Below are positions 1 to 8,721 of a stretch of 20,554 nt of DNA, one piece after another; within the stretch, counting starts at the first letter, position 1, and every line of letters starts with the position of its first letter. The stretch comes from Archangium sp. (GTDB lineage: Bacteria; Myxococcota; Myxococcia; Myxococcales; Myxococcaceae). The stretch covers positions 1 to 20,554 of the forward strand of contig JANLPS010000435.1 of NCBI GenBank assembly GCA_031367385.1, read 5' to 3'. The notes beneath the pieces are model-generated. The model did not search any database. It saw only the letters and a program-made list of their open reading frames with translations, and was not told the DNA's origin. The position numbers and the translations under genes are program-made.

Positions 1-804
1 GATCATCGACACCACCGCCTGGCCCAGCAGCGCGAACCCCTGCAGCACCCACCCGCTGACGCCGAGCTCGGCGTGGTTCACCGGCACGTTCACGCCACTC
101 AGCGCGACCGAGCGCAGGCCCACCACCACCAGCGCCGCGACTGCGACCGCGCTCACCCGCTGCCGCCAATCAACCGAGCGCCACGCACTGATCAGCACCA
201 CCAGCCCGGCCACTGCGCCTGGCTCTTTGGTCAAGCACGCCGCGATGATCACCCCGCACACTGCCGCGGCCCTGGCCCATGACCAGCGCACCCGATCAAC
301 CGCCACCAGCACCGCCCAGAGCGCGAACACCGTCATGTACACGTCAGAGAGGCCGCTCACCCAGGCCACCGACTCGCTGTGAATCGGGTGGGTCGCAAAC
401 AGCGCTCCGGCGACCAGCCCAGCGCGCCAATCACCAAACAGCCGGAGCGCCACGCCCGCCACCAGCACCGACGCGAGCACATGCCCCGCCACGGTCAGCA
501 GATGAAACGGCCATGGGCTCGAGCCGCTGATCACATGCACCGCGAACAGCAGCACGTGCACCAGCGGCCGGTAGTAGGCCACCCCCGTCATCTCCCGCAT
601 CGAATCGGAGTCACTCGCCGACGACCAGAACGGCTGCCACCACGCCTGGCCCAGGACCACCCACGAGCTGAGCGCCTGATTCCGCTCGATCAACAGCGCG
701 TCGTCCCACACCAGGGCGCCTTGCAGTGCATTGGCGAACGCGACTGCGGCCAGCGCTGCCGTCGCGACCAGCACGCCAAAGCTCGTTTTCGCGGCCGGGT
801 TCAC
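1..804 (-). CDS. TMTC/DUF1736-like GT-C membrane glycosyltransferase (putative protein O-mannosyltransferase), 3' end beyond the left edge
   Basis: Manual translation, absent from the ORF track: GTG at 804 (in-frame ATG at 822), open to position 1. Reads MNPAAKTSFGVLVATAALAAVAFANALQGALVWDDALLIERN...YYRPL...FHLLTVAGH...LFATHPIHSESVAWVSG...LTKE. The WDD, YRPL, HPxHxExV and KE motifs with several TM helices are typical of TMTC-type GT-C proteins. Confidence 0.8.
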   Translation of the reverse strand, partial: MNPAAKTSFGVLVATAALAAVAFANALQGALVWDDALLIERNQALSSWVVLGQAWWQPFWSSASDSDSMREMTGVAYYRPLVHVLLFAVHVISGSSPWPFHLLTVAGHVLASVLVAGVALRLFGDWRAGLVAGALFATHPIHSESVAWVSGLSDVYMTVFALWAVLVAVDRVRWSWARAAAVCGVIIAACLTKEPGAVAGLVVLISAWRSVDWRQRVSAVAVAALVVVGLRSVALSGVNVPVNHAELGVSGWVLQGFALLGQAVVSMI

Positions 805-806
805 CT

Positions 807-838
807 GAGGCCAAATGTACATTTTCTAAAATGGCCTC
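807..838. promoter_or_regulatory. AT-rich nested dyad-symmetry element between divergent genes (candidate operator)
   Basis: GAGGCCA(807-813)...TGGCCTC(832-838) arms. Inside are the perfect palindrome AAATGTACATTT (813-824) and CATTTT-CT-AAAATG (820-833). Confidence 0.4.
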
Positions 839-860
839 GTTCGTGAAACACTAATCGACC

Positions 861-1589
861 GTGTCGCACTTCACGCTCGATGGCGTCGGTCTCGAATACA
901 CTTGGTGGGGTACCGCCGCGCGCGGCGCCCGGCAGGTGTTGCTCGTGCACGGCGCCCTCCGCTCCGCGTGGACGTGGGATTGGCTGGGCCCCTCGCTCGC
1001 CGCGGCGCTGAAGACCCGGGTGGTGGCGATCTCCCGCTATGGCCACGGCCGCTCCGACGCGCCTCCGGCTCTGGCGCCCGATGCCCGGTTTTTTCACGAG
1101 TCAAACGAGCTGCTGCCGGCGTTTCGCAAGGCCGTTTCGCTCGACGACGTCGTGCTGGTCGGAGAGTCCGAAGGGGCGGCGATCAGCCTGATGCATGCCG
1201 CCTCGAGCCACCCCGGCATTGCGGGCGTGGTCTGCCTCGCACCCTGGGTTCGCTTCGAGCGAAGCATCGTGCAGTGGGTCTCGGCCGCGCACCCCAGCTC
1301 CCGCGCGCGTCACCTCGACGATGAAGAGACCGCTGCGTTGAGCCGCACCACCTGGCAAGCCCCCGAGATGGAGCCGTGGAACATCGACGCCTTCTTGGGC
1401 TCGGTGCGCTGCCCGGTGGTCGCCGTTCAATCGCCCGGCGACTCCGCCATCAGCGCAGTGCAGTCACGGCGCCTGGCCACCGGGGTTTCTCGGTGCGACG
1501 CGGTCTGGCTCACGGGCGCCACCACGCTCGACGCGGTGAACGCGCCGACCGTGTGCGGCCTGACCGGCGAGCTCTTCGCTCAGACCTGA
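861..1589 (+). CDS. Alpha/beta fold hydrolase, possibly catalytically degenerate
   Basis: Motifs LLVHG (oxyanion region), SRYGHGRS, nucleophile elbow GESEG (1161-1175) and VRCPVVAVQSPGD. No His follows the predicted acid residue. Confidence 0.8.
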   Translation: MSHFTLDGVGLEYTWWGTAARGARQVLLVHGALRSAWTWDWLGPSLAAALKTRVVAISRYGHGRSDAPPALAPDARFFHESNELLPAFRKAVSLDDVVLVGESEGAAISLMHAASSHPGIAGVVCLAPWVRFERSIVQWVSAAHPSSRARHLDDEETAALSRTTWQAPEMEPWNIDAFLGSVRCPVVAVQSPGDSAISAVQSRRLATGVSRCDAVWLTGATTLDAVNAPTVCGLTGELFAQT

Positions 1590-1948
1590 CGAAGCATCTT
1601 GCTGAGCTTCTTCGGAGCGAGCGCCCGATAGCTCTCGAGCAACCACTCGCGCAGCAGCGACACCGGCGGCGCCTTCTTGCCCGCCAGAAACGTCGCCGTC
1701 ACCCAGCCGCTCTTGCCCAAGCCGTACCCGGTGGGCTCGCAAAACGGCAGCATCAACGCCATGTCATGCGACTCTGGCAGCTTGCACGACATCGACAGCT
1801 GCTTGGGCTCGAGCACCAAGAAGCAAAACGTCTTCTTCTTGGCCACCTTGAACGCGCTGTGCCCCCAGGGAAAGTCTTCGTGCACCTCGGGAAATTCGAG
1901 CGCGGCGGCGCGGAGGTCACGAAAGGCCTTCTTCAGGGGAGCACTCAT
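1580..1948 (-). CDS. MmcQ/YjbR family protein
   Basis: 122 aa with EDFPWG, FKV..K.F, CKLP, PTGYGLG.SGWV and WLLESYR motifs. GAGGT RBS, 13 nt downstream of the cysK stop. Confidence 0.85.
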   Translation of the reverse strand: MSAPLKKAFRDLRAAALEFPEVHEDFPWGHSAFKVAKKKTFCFLVLEPKQLSMSCKLPESHDMALMLPFCEPTGYGLGKSGWVTATFLAGKKAPPVSLLREWLLESYRALAPKKLSKMLRQV

Positions 1949-1961
1949 GCGACCTCACCGC

Positions 1962-2876
1962 TTACGGCCAGAACCCGTCGACCGACAAGTACCGTTCACC
2001 GGTGTCGTAGCAGAAGGTGAGCACCCGGCTCTTCGGCGGCAGCTCGGGCAGCTTTTGCTTCACGGCTTGCAGCGATGCACCCGATGAGACGCCAACGAAG
2101 ATGCCTTCTTCTTTGGCGGCGCGACGGGCCATCTCGTACGCGTCGGGGGCTTCGACGAGAATCACGCCGTCGAGCAGCTCCTTCTTCAAGTTCTTGGGTA
2201 TGAACCCGGCCCCGATGCCCTGAATCGGGTGCGGGCTCGGAGCGCCCCCCGAGATCACCGGCGATTTGGTGGGCTCGACCGCGAACACTTTGAGCTGCGG
2301 CCACTTGGGCTTGAGCACCTCGGCCAGCGCCGTGATGTGACCACCGGTGCCGACCCCGGTGATGATCGCATCGAGCCCCTGCGGAAAGTCGTTCAAAATC
2401 TCGAGCGCGGTGGTGCGCTTGTGCACGTCGATGTTTGCCTGATTCTCGAATTGTTGCGGCGTCCACGAGTTGGGGGTCGAGGCGGCGAGCTCGGCCGCGC
2501 GGGCGATCGCGCCTTTCATGCCCTTTTCGCGGGGCGTGAGGTCGAAGGTGGCGCCGTAGGCTGACATCACCCGGCGCCGCTCGAGCGACATCGACTCGGG
2601 CATGACCAAAATCAACTTGTAGCCCTTGACCGCCGCCACCATCGCCAGGCCGATGCCGGTGTTGCCCGACGTCGGCTCGATGATCACCGAGTCTTTCTTG
2701 AGCAACCCTGACTTCTCGGCGTCTTCGATCATCGCCAGCGCGATGCGGTCTTTGATCGACGCACCGGGGTTGGCGCGCTCGAGCTTGATGTAGACCTCGT
2801 AGGCGGGGTCGAACAGGCGGTTCACGCGCACGTGCGGGGTGCGGCCGATGGTGTCGAGAATCGAATTGACGGGCAT
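1962..2876 (-). CDS. cysK: Cysteine synthase A (O-acetylserine sulfhydrylase)
   Basis: [28 protein letters not shown] (PLP lysine), [29 protein letters not shown] and DTGERYLS. Start is the ATG at 2876 with a GGAGA RBS, giving 304 aa. Confidence 0.96.
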   Translation of the reverse strand: MPVNSILDTIGRTPHVRVNRLFDPAYEVYIKLERANPGASIKDRIALAMIEDAEKSGLLKKDSVIIEPTSGNTGIGLAMVAAVKGYKLILVMPESMSLERRRVMSAYGATFDLTPREKGMKGAIARAAELAASTPNSWTPQQFENQANIDVHKRTTALEILNDFPQGLDAIITGVGTGGHITALAEVLKPKWPQLKVFAVEPTKSPVISGGAPSPHPIQGIGAGFIPKNLKKELLDGVILVEAPDAYEMARRAAKEEGIFVGVSSGASLQAVKQKLPELPPKSRVLTFCYDTGERYLSVDGFWP

Positions 2877-2894
2877 GTACTCTCCGAGGGGGTT

Positions 2895-2908
2895 TCCGTT
2901 ACAACGGA
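2895..2908. promoter_or_regulatory. Palindrome TCCGTT-AC-AACGGA upstream of cysK (candidate operator)
   Basis: Perfect 6-bp arms with a 2-nt centre, 18 nt upstream of the cysK ATG in a divergent intergenic region. Confidence 0.35.
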
Positions 2909-3000
2909 TGGATGCATAGTGATAGCGGACGGCCTGAACGAGCGCAACGCCGTTCGACATGCTGCTTGCCTCGAGCGTCACGGTCGGGCAGTTCGGCCGC

Positions 3001-3585
3001 ATGAGAGCTTCGAGCCTGCTGTGCCTGGTGCTGATGTCAGCGTGTGGAGTCGCCGCGCCTACCAGCGACGCAGGGTGCCCGACAGCCACGAAGAGCCCTC
3101 CCAACTTGATGATCAACGGAGGCTTCGAGTGCGGAGGCGCCGCTCCCGCCGAGTGGATGGGCGTCAATGGCACGTTGAGCTTCGTCACCACCGGCGCCAC
3201 CGAAGGCTCGAGGGCGGCGAAGGTGGTGAGCGACGCGAGTGGTACCGGCGGCGTTGGGTCGACCACCCCGGTCGTGGCGAAGACGTCGGGCAAGACGTAC
3301 TGCATCAACGCCAAGGTCAAGGGCACCGCGGCCGACGTGCGGCTCGAGGTGTTCGGCAGCTTGCTGACCTCGTTCAGCTCGCCGCTGAATTCGCCCGACA
3401 CGTGGGTGCGGTTGCCGCCGCCGCCCAACGTCGGCCCGCCCACCAATCTCGAGATTCGCGAGCCGGCTGATCAGGCGCTGTACGTCAAGGTGCACGCCCA
3501 GGGTGGGGCGGCGGGTGACACGGTCATCGTCGATGACATCGACCTCTGGGAGTCACCCACCGGCAAGTGCGATCAGGTTCGCTAA
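3001..3585 (+). CDS. Lipoprotein with a putative carbohydrate-binding (CBM4/9-like) domain
   Basis: Signal peptide with lipobox [14 protein letters not shown] at the domain start and IVDDIDL near the end are typical of CBM4/9-like beta-sandwiches. 194 aa. Confidence 0.65.
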   Translation: MRASSLLCLVLMSACGVAAPTSDAGCPTATKSPPNLMINGGFECGGAAPAEWMGVNGTLSFVTTGATEGSRAAKVVSDASGTGGVGSTTPVVAKTSGKTYCINAKVKGTAADVRLEVFGSLLTSFSSPLNSPDTWVRLPPPPNVGPPTNLEIREPADQALYVKVHAQGGAAGDTVIVDDIDLWESPTGKCDQVR

Positions 3586-3785
3586 GGGGCGGTACAAGCC
3601 CGGTCGCGCTCATCGGCGACGACCGCCTGCATTCTGGGCGAGCGGGAGGTGGTGACTCCGACGATGCCTGTGGGCGTCGGGCCGGCGACCTCGTCACCCA
3701 CGAGCTGCTCGGTGCGGCCTTTGACCTCGACGTTGAGCACGGTGCATGCCGAGAGCAGCACCCCACAGCACAGAAATCGAGTCAT
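3582..3785 (-). CDS. Small putative lipoprotein, 67 aa
   Basis: The ATG overlaps the GT4 stop (ATGA, 3782-3785). N-terminus MTRFLCCGVLLSAC has a lipobox. No recognisable domain. Confidence 0.45.
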   Translation of the reverse strand: MTRFLCCGVLLSACTVLNVEVKGRTEQLVGDEVAGPTPTGIVGVTTSRSPRMQAVVADERDRACTAP

Positions 3786-5014
3786 GGTCCGAATGCTCCT
3801 CGCAGTACCTGATCATACCGCTCGATGCCCGCGCTCAATGAGAAGTGCGGCGCGGTGACCTGTCGCCCCCGCTCCAGGGCTTCGGCGCTCAGCTGTGAGG
3901 TGGCGATCTGCTCCGCGGCTTGATCAAGCTCACCCTCGCTCACACCGCTCAACACCAACCCCGTGCCCGCGCGCGTCACCCACTGCGCGACCTCGCTGTT
4001 GCAGCCGAACTGCACCGGCCTGACCCCCACCGCGAAAAATTCACCCAGCTTGGTCGGCATCGAGGCTCGCTTCGCCGGGCTCTGCGACTCGAGCAACAAC
4101 ATGCCCCAGTGCATCAGGCTCAACCACTCGGGCATCGCGTTGTGATCTGCCTTGGTCACGGTCGTGCGCGACAGGTCGACGCCGAGCTCGACGAGCCGCT
4201 GGCGGTACGCCTCGACCTGGCCCGTCAACACCAGCAGGTGCGCTTCGGGCCGCAGCGAATGAACCCGCCGCGCCAGCGCGATGGTCTCGTCGACCAGGTA
4301 CGAGCGGTTCAGCGAGCCCACGATGCCGATGACCAGCTTGCCCTCCAACGTCTTGCGCACCGCCTCGGGCACCCGCAGACACTGGGCGCTCGGCCGCCGC
4401 ACGAAGTCGTCGTAGTCAGCACAGGTGGGGATGCAGACGATGGGCCGTTGCCCCACCGGCCCGAGCTTGCCCGAACGAACGTCATCGGCCTGCAGCTCGG
4501 TCAGTGACACCACCGCCGCCGCGCGCGAGAAGAATTGGTGCTCGAAGCCCCTCGCGATGCCAGTGCGAATCGGGGTGGTGAACCACCGGCCTTCTTCGAG
4601 CCGCTCGTCGAACCAATACGAGCGCGTGTCGAACAGATAGGGCGTGCGGTACGACAGCCACGCCGTCTGCGCCGCGAACGCTCCGTGGTACGCGCGCGCG
4701 TGAATCGCGTCGACCCGGCCTCGCTTCACCTCGGTCAGCGTCGTGCTGATCAGCGTTTGCAGGTTGGTGATGGCCGCCCGCGCCGAGCCTGACCAATCAT
4801 AGGGCTGTGGCAACCACACCACGCCAGCGGCCTCGAGCCGTCGCCGCACCGCGCGCACCGTGTCTTCGCGCTTGAGATCATTCGGCTTCTCGAGAGAGAG
4901 CACCCGGTACCGCCAGCCCTTGCGCGCCAGCCCCTCGACCACCCGCAGTACCTGGCTGAACCCGAGCGGCTCGAGCAGACCGTCGGCGGTGACGTACAGC
5001 AGAGCGGGCGACAT
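3782..5014 (-). CDS. Glycosyltransferase, GT-B fold (family 4-like)
   Basis: MSPALLYVTADGLLEPLGFSQVL, IHARAY, LFDTRSYWFDER, IPTCAD and SMPTKLGEF motifs. The ATG at 5014 overlaps the upstream stop (TGATG). 410 aa. Confidence 0.85.
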   Translation of the reverse strand: MSPALLYVTADGLLEPLGFSQVLRVVEGLARKGWRYRVLSLEKPNDLKREDTVRAVRRRLEAAGVVWLPQPYDWSGSARAAITNLQTLISTTLTEVKRGRVDAIHARAYHGAFAAQTAWLSYRTPYLFDTRSYWFDERLEEGRWFTTPIRTGIARGFEHQFFSRAAAVVSLTELQADDVRSGKLGPVGQRPIVCIPTCADYDDFVRRPSAQCLRVPEAVRKTLEGKLVIGIVGSLNRSYLVDETIALARRVHSLRPEAHLLVLTGQVEAYRQRLVELGVDLSRTTVTKADHNAMPEWLSLMHWGMLLLESQSPAKRASMPTKLGEFFAVGVRPVQFGCNSEVAQWVTRAGTGLVLSGVSEGELDQAAEQIATSQLSAEALERGRQVTAPHFSLSAGIERYDQVLRGAFGP

Positions 5015-6330
5015 CAGGTCGGTTGGAGCGCCAGTGCTTCGGTCACCACGACCTGCTTCTTCGGCAGCAAGGTCAGCAGCAACACGCCGAAGAACGGCAT
5101 CATCGGCGCTCGGTAGCGAGACAGCGTGCCCAGGTTCGAGGTCGACAACGCGGTGCCGATCGCCAACACCAGGGTGAAGACCAAACAGAACATCAGCGCC
5201 GGAGAAGCCGTGACCTTGTTCACCAGCCCCAGCACGCGGTTTCGACGAAAGACCGCGATGGTCGCCCACAGCACCCAGGTCGTTTCAATCGCGTTGACCG
5301 CCTGGAGCGGCTTTCGCACCTCGAAGATGAACGGGCGAAACAGCGCGGTCACCAGCGCGAGCGGGGTGAGCAGCAGCTCTCGGGTCAGGCTGGTTTCGTC
5401 TCCGCCCTCGAGCTGAGACTGACCTTCGAGCAGATAGTTCGAGTCGCCCTCGACGTGCGACGACACCCGGCGCTGCGAGGCCATCGAGGCCGCGAGCCCG
5501 CTCTCGACCCGCTTGGTCAAGAAGCGCTCGGCGACCGTGAAGAGCAGCATGCCGCCGATGAGGCCGACCAACAGGTAGCCCGGCTTGATGGCCATCGAGC
5601 CTCGGCCTCGTACCACGCGCGCCCAGATGACCCAGAGCGCGGCAGCCCCGGCGAAGGCCAGCAGCACGTAGGCTTTGATCAACGCGACCCCGGTTGCACC
5701 CAGCGCGACGAACAGCGCGCCGCGAAAGTTGCGGCCCTGAATGATGTACCGCACCCCGAGAAACAGCGGCCCCAGCGCGATCATCACGATCGGCTCTTTG
5801 AGCAACGCCGAGGTCCAGAAGATGGCGGTGGGCATCAGCATCACGCCGATCATCACTGCCCTGCGTTGCTCGGGCGCGAACTCAGGCGCGAGCGCCCGGT
5901 AGATGAACGTCTTCGAAATGTACGACAGCACGGCGATGACCAGCGTCGCGCCGTAGAACGAATTGGCCAGCAAGAACATCAGGTACGACGCCAGCATCAG
6001 CATCGTGCCGGTCGAGCCGCCGCCAAGCGTTTCGAACGGCAGTCGCGCGTCGGGCCGCTGCAACAACATCTTCACCGTCTCGGGGAAAATGCCTTCGAAG
6101 TCGTACCGCATCGCCTCCGCCACGGGGATGCCGAAGTCGCGGTAGTTCATCATGTCGCCGCCCTCGTAGTAGTAGGCGTAGACGAGAATCTGGGCGAAGG
6201 CGCTGAAGACGTGCGCGATGAACGACGCGTTGAGCAGGCGCTGCTCGTGCTGCTCGAAGCCGCGCAAGACGACGAAATGAATGCCGAGCCCGACCATCAA
6301 CACTATCGGCGCGACGATGAAGTCTTCCAT
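5014..6330 (-). CDS. Polytopic membrane protein, putative Wzy-like polysaccharide polymerase / GT-C fold
   Basis: About 10-11 hydrophobic segments, GGD in the first loop, FWTSALLKE, LFRPF and a C-terminal NLGTLSRYR. Coupled to the GT4 gene. The function is inferred from context. Confidence 0.6.
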   Translation of the reverse strand: MEDFIVAPIVLMVGLGIHFVVLRGFEQHEQRLLNASFIAHVFSAFAQILVYAYYYEGGDMMNYRDFGIPVAEAMRYDFEGIFPETVKMLLQRPDARLPFETLGGGSTGTMLMLASYLMFLLANSFYGATLVIAVLSYISKTFIYRALAPEFAPEQRRAVMIGVMLMPTAIFWTSALLKEPIVMIALGPLFLGVRYIIQGRNFRGALFVALGATGVALIKAYVLLAFAGAAALWVIWARVVRGRGSMAIKPGYLLVGLIGGMLLFTVAERFLTKRVESGLAASMASQRRVSSHVEGDSNYLLEGQSQLEGGDETSLTRELLLTPLALVTALFRPFIFEVRKPLQAVNAIETTWVLWATIAVFRRNRVLGLVNKVTASPALMFCLVFTLVLAIGTALSTSNLGTLSRYRAPMMPFFGVLLLTLLPKKQVVVTEALALQPT

Positions 6331-6415
6331 TTTGGCGAGTTCGTGCCCTTCGCCCTGCCCCTTATTCGACCTTTGGGTGTCTTTTCCACTCGGGTGAGGT
6401 GTAAGCCCCCTCCCT

Positions 6416-8242
6416 GTGTGTGGAATTGCTGGAGTTCTCTACCGCGACGGCCATCGGCCCCTCGAGCAGACCCTCGCCGCGATGGCCCAAACCATCGCCC
6501 ACCGGGGCCCTGACGGGCAGGGCGTTCAGGCGTTTGCGCACGGGTGCGGCCTCGCCCACCGGCGCCTCGCGATCATCGATTTGAGCCCCAACGCCGCTCA
6601 ACCGATGTCGGCGGCCGACGGCACGCTCTGGGTCGCCTTCAACGGAGAGATCTACAATTACCGTGAGCTGCGAACGCAGCTCGAGCAGCTCGGCCATGCC
6701 TTTCGCACCCACAGCGACACCGAGGTCATTCTCGAGGCCTACCTGCAGTGGGGCACCGGCGCCTTCGCGCGCCTCGACGGCATGTTCGCCCTCGCCCTGT
6801 GGGACACCCGCTCGAGCACGCTGACCCTCGCCCGCGACCGCACCGGCAAAAAGCCGCTGTACGTCTACCAAGACTCCGAGAAGGTCGTCTTCGGCTCAGA
6901 AATCAAAGCGATTCTCGCCCACCCCGGCATCGACACCCGCGCCAACCCCGAGGCGGTGCCGCAGTTTCTCTCGCACGGCTACGTGCCCACGCCGGCCACC
7001 TTCTATGCCCGCATTCGCAAGCTGCCTCCTGCGTGCTTCGAGACACTCACCGCCGCGAGTCGTGAGCCGAACCAGACCGAGTACTGGGACTTTCCCCTCG
7101 GGCCGGAGCGGGTGATTCGCACCGCTGATCAGCTCGCCGAGGCCGAAGCCACCGTGCGTGAGCTCTTCACCGCCGCGGTCAAGCGACGGCTGATCGCCGA
7201 CGTGCCGCTGGGCGCGTTTCTCTCTGGAGGCATCGACTCGACCCTGGTGGTCGCGGTGATGTCGCAGCTCGCCTCGAAGCCGGTGAAGACGTTCAGCATC
7301 GGGTTCGAAGGGGCTCCCGATTTCGACGAGACCAAGTACGCGCGCATCGTGGCCGAGCGCTACCGCACCGAGCACACCGAGTTCAAAGTCAAACCCGAGA
7401 GCTTTGGGCTGATCGACAGCCTGGCCTGGCACTACGACGAGCCCTTCGCCGACGCGAGCGCCATACCCACCTACCTGGTCTCGAAGCTCACCCGCGAGGC
7501 CGGCTGCACCGTGGCGTTGACTGGCGACGGCGGCGACGAGGTCTTCGCGGGGTACTCGCGCTTCATCGCGGCGACCCAGGCCGAGCACGTGCCCAAGCCG
7601 ATTCGCAGCCTCACGCGCCGGTTGCTCGAGCCGGTGCCCAAGCTCGGCCAGCGCACCGCCATGCTCGAGCGCAGCCGCCGGTTCGCGCTCAACGCCTCGC
7701 GTGAATTGCCCGAACGCCTCCGCGGGTGGATCTCGATTTTCTCGGTCTCAGAAGTGCGCGCGCTGTTGAGCGAGCACGAGTCGCGCTACGCCACCACCGC
7801 GCTGATCGGCGAGACCTACGAGAAGCACTTTCGCAGGGCTCGCGAGGCCGGCGCCGACACCTTGAACCAGGTGCTCTACGCCAACGCGAAGACCTACCTC
7901 CTCGACGACCTCAACGTGAAGGTCGACCGGGCCTCGATGGCGGTGGGGCTCGAGAGCCGCTCGCCGTTTCTCGACACCGCGTTGATGAGCTACGCGTTCA
8001 CGTTGCCCGGTCACGTGAAGATCAAAGGCCGCGAGACCAAGTGGCTGCTCAAGCGCGCGATGAGAGACCTGCTGCCCGATGAGGTCGTCAACCGCCCGAA
8101 GATGGGCTTCGGCGTGCCGATCAGCCGCTGGGTCGAGCTCAACCCCGAGCGGGTGGGCACCCACCTGGCCCAGCTGCGAAATCAGCCCGACGCGACTGAT
8201 CTGCAGAAGTGGGCGCTGCTTCAGCTGGCCCGGCTGGGCTGA
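6416..8242 (+). CDS. asnB: Asparagine synthase (glutamine-hydrolysing) family amidotransferase
   Basis: MCGIAG (Ntn Cys), HRGPD, HRRLAIID, FNGEIYN, SDTEV, LSGGIDS, TGDGGDE, KVDRASMA and KMGF motifs. Confidence 0.93.
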   Translation: MCGIAGVLYRDGHRPLEQTLAAMAQTIAHRGPDGQGVQAFAHGCGLAHRRLAIIDLSPNAAQPMSAADGTLWVAFNGEIYNYRELRTQLEQLGHAFRTHSDTEVILEAYLQWGTGAFARLDGMFALALWDTRSSTLTLARDRTGKKPLYVYQDSEKVVFGSEIKAILAHPGIDTRANPEAVPQFLSHGYVPTPATFYARIRKLPPACFETLTAASREPNQTEYWDFPLGPERVIRTADQLAEAEATVRELFTAAVKRRLIADVPLGAFLSGGIDSTLVVAVMSQLASKPVKTFSIGFEGAPDFDETKYARIVAERYRTEHTEFKVKPESFGLIDSLAWHYDEPFADASAIPTYLVSKLTREAGCTVALTGDGGDEVFAGYSRFIAATQAEHVPKPIRSLTRRLLEPVPKLGQRTAMLERSRRFALNASRELPERLRGWISIFSVSEVRALLSEHESRYATTALIGETYEKHFRRAREAGADTLNQVLYANAKTYLLDDLNVKVDRASMAVGLESRSPFLDTALMSYAFTLPGHVKIKGRETKWLLKRAMRDLLPDEVVNRPKMGFGVPISRWVELNPERVGTHLAQLRNQPDATDLQKWALLQLARLG

Positions 8243-8721
8243 TCTCCCGCGCTGCCGTCGGCGAGAAGCTTGGCGTCGGTCTCGAACAGCTTCTCGAGCT
8301 CGTGCCGGTACTCCGAGTCGGCCAGCAGCACGCCGGCCAAGAACGCACCGAGGGTGGCCGAGAGGCCGATCGCCTCCATCAGCAGTGCGGGGCCGGTGAC
8401 CACCAGCAGGGCGCTCGCGGTGAACATCTCAGGCACGTGCAACCCGTCGATGGCCTTGAGCGCGGGGCGCAACACGACGCGGCTGGCGACCACCATCGCC
8501 GCGAAGGTGGCGATGACCTTGATCACCCCCAGGCCAGACGCCTCCTGGCTCTGCCCCGCCAACACCGGCACAAGCGCCAGAAACGGTATCGCCGCCACGT
8601 CTTGAAAGAGCAGAATGCCGAACGCGGTGCGCCCGTGCTGCGAGGCGAGCTGGTTTCGCTCGGCCAGCGCCTGCACCGCCAGCGCGGTCGACGAGAGCGA
8701 GAGCGCGAAGGCCGTCACCGC
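8221..8721 (-). pseudogene. KefB/KefC-type (CPA2) K+ efflux antiporter remnant
   Basis: LSLSSTA, FGILLFQD and LGAFLAGVLLADSEYRHELE are Kef motifs. The fragment is only about 166 aa and lacks the N-terminal helices, the later TM helices and the KTN domain. Confidence 0.8.

Noticed and set aside
2936..2955. GAACG-N10-CGTTC as a LexA box
   Set aside because: The spacing does not match the GAAC-N4-GTTC type box and the neighbouring genes are not SOS genes.
2877..3446. 190-aa N-terminal extension of cysK in the ORF track
   Set aside because: CysK similarity starts at the ATG at 2876, which has an RBS. The extension is antisense to the lipoprotein gene at 3001-3585.
5015..5269. N-terminal extension of the GT4 ORF
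   Set aside because: It overlaps the upstream membrane-protein gene in another frame. The TGATG coupling at 5012-5016 marks the likely start.
5023..6513. 496-aa plus-strand ORF
   Set aside because: Arg/Gln/His-rich antisense shadow of the membrane-protein gene, with no recognisable motifs.
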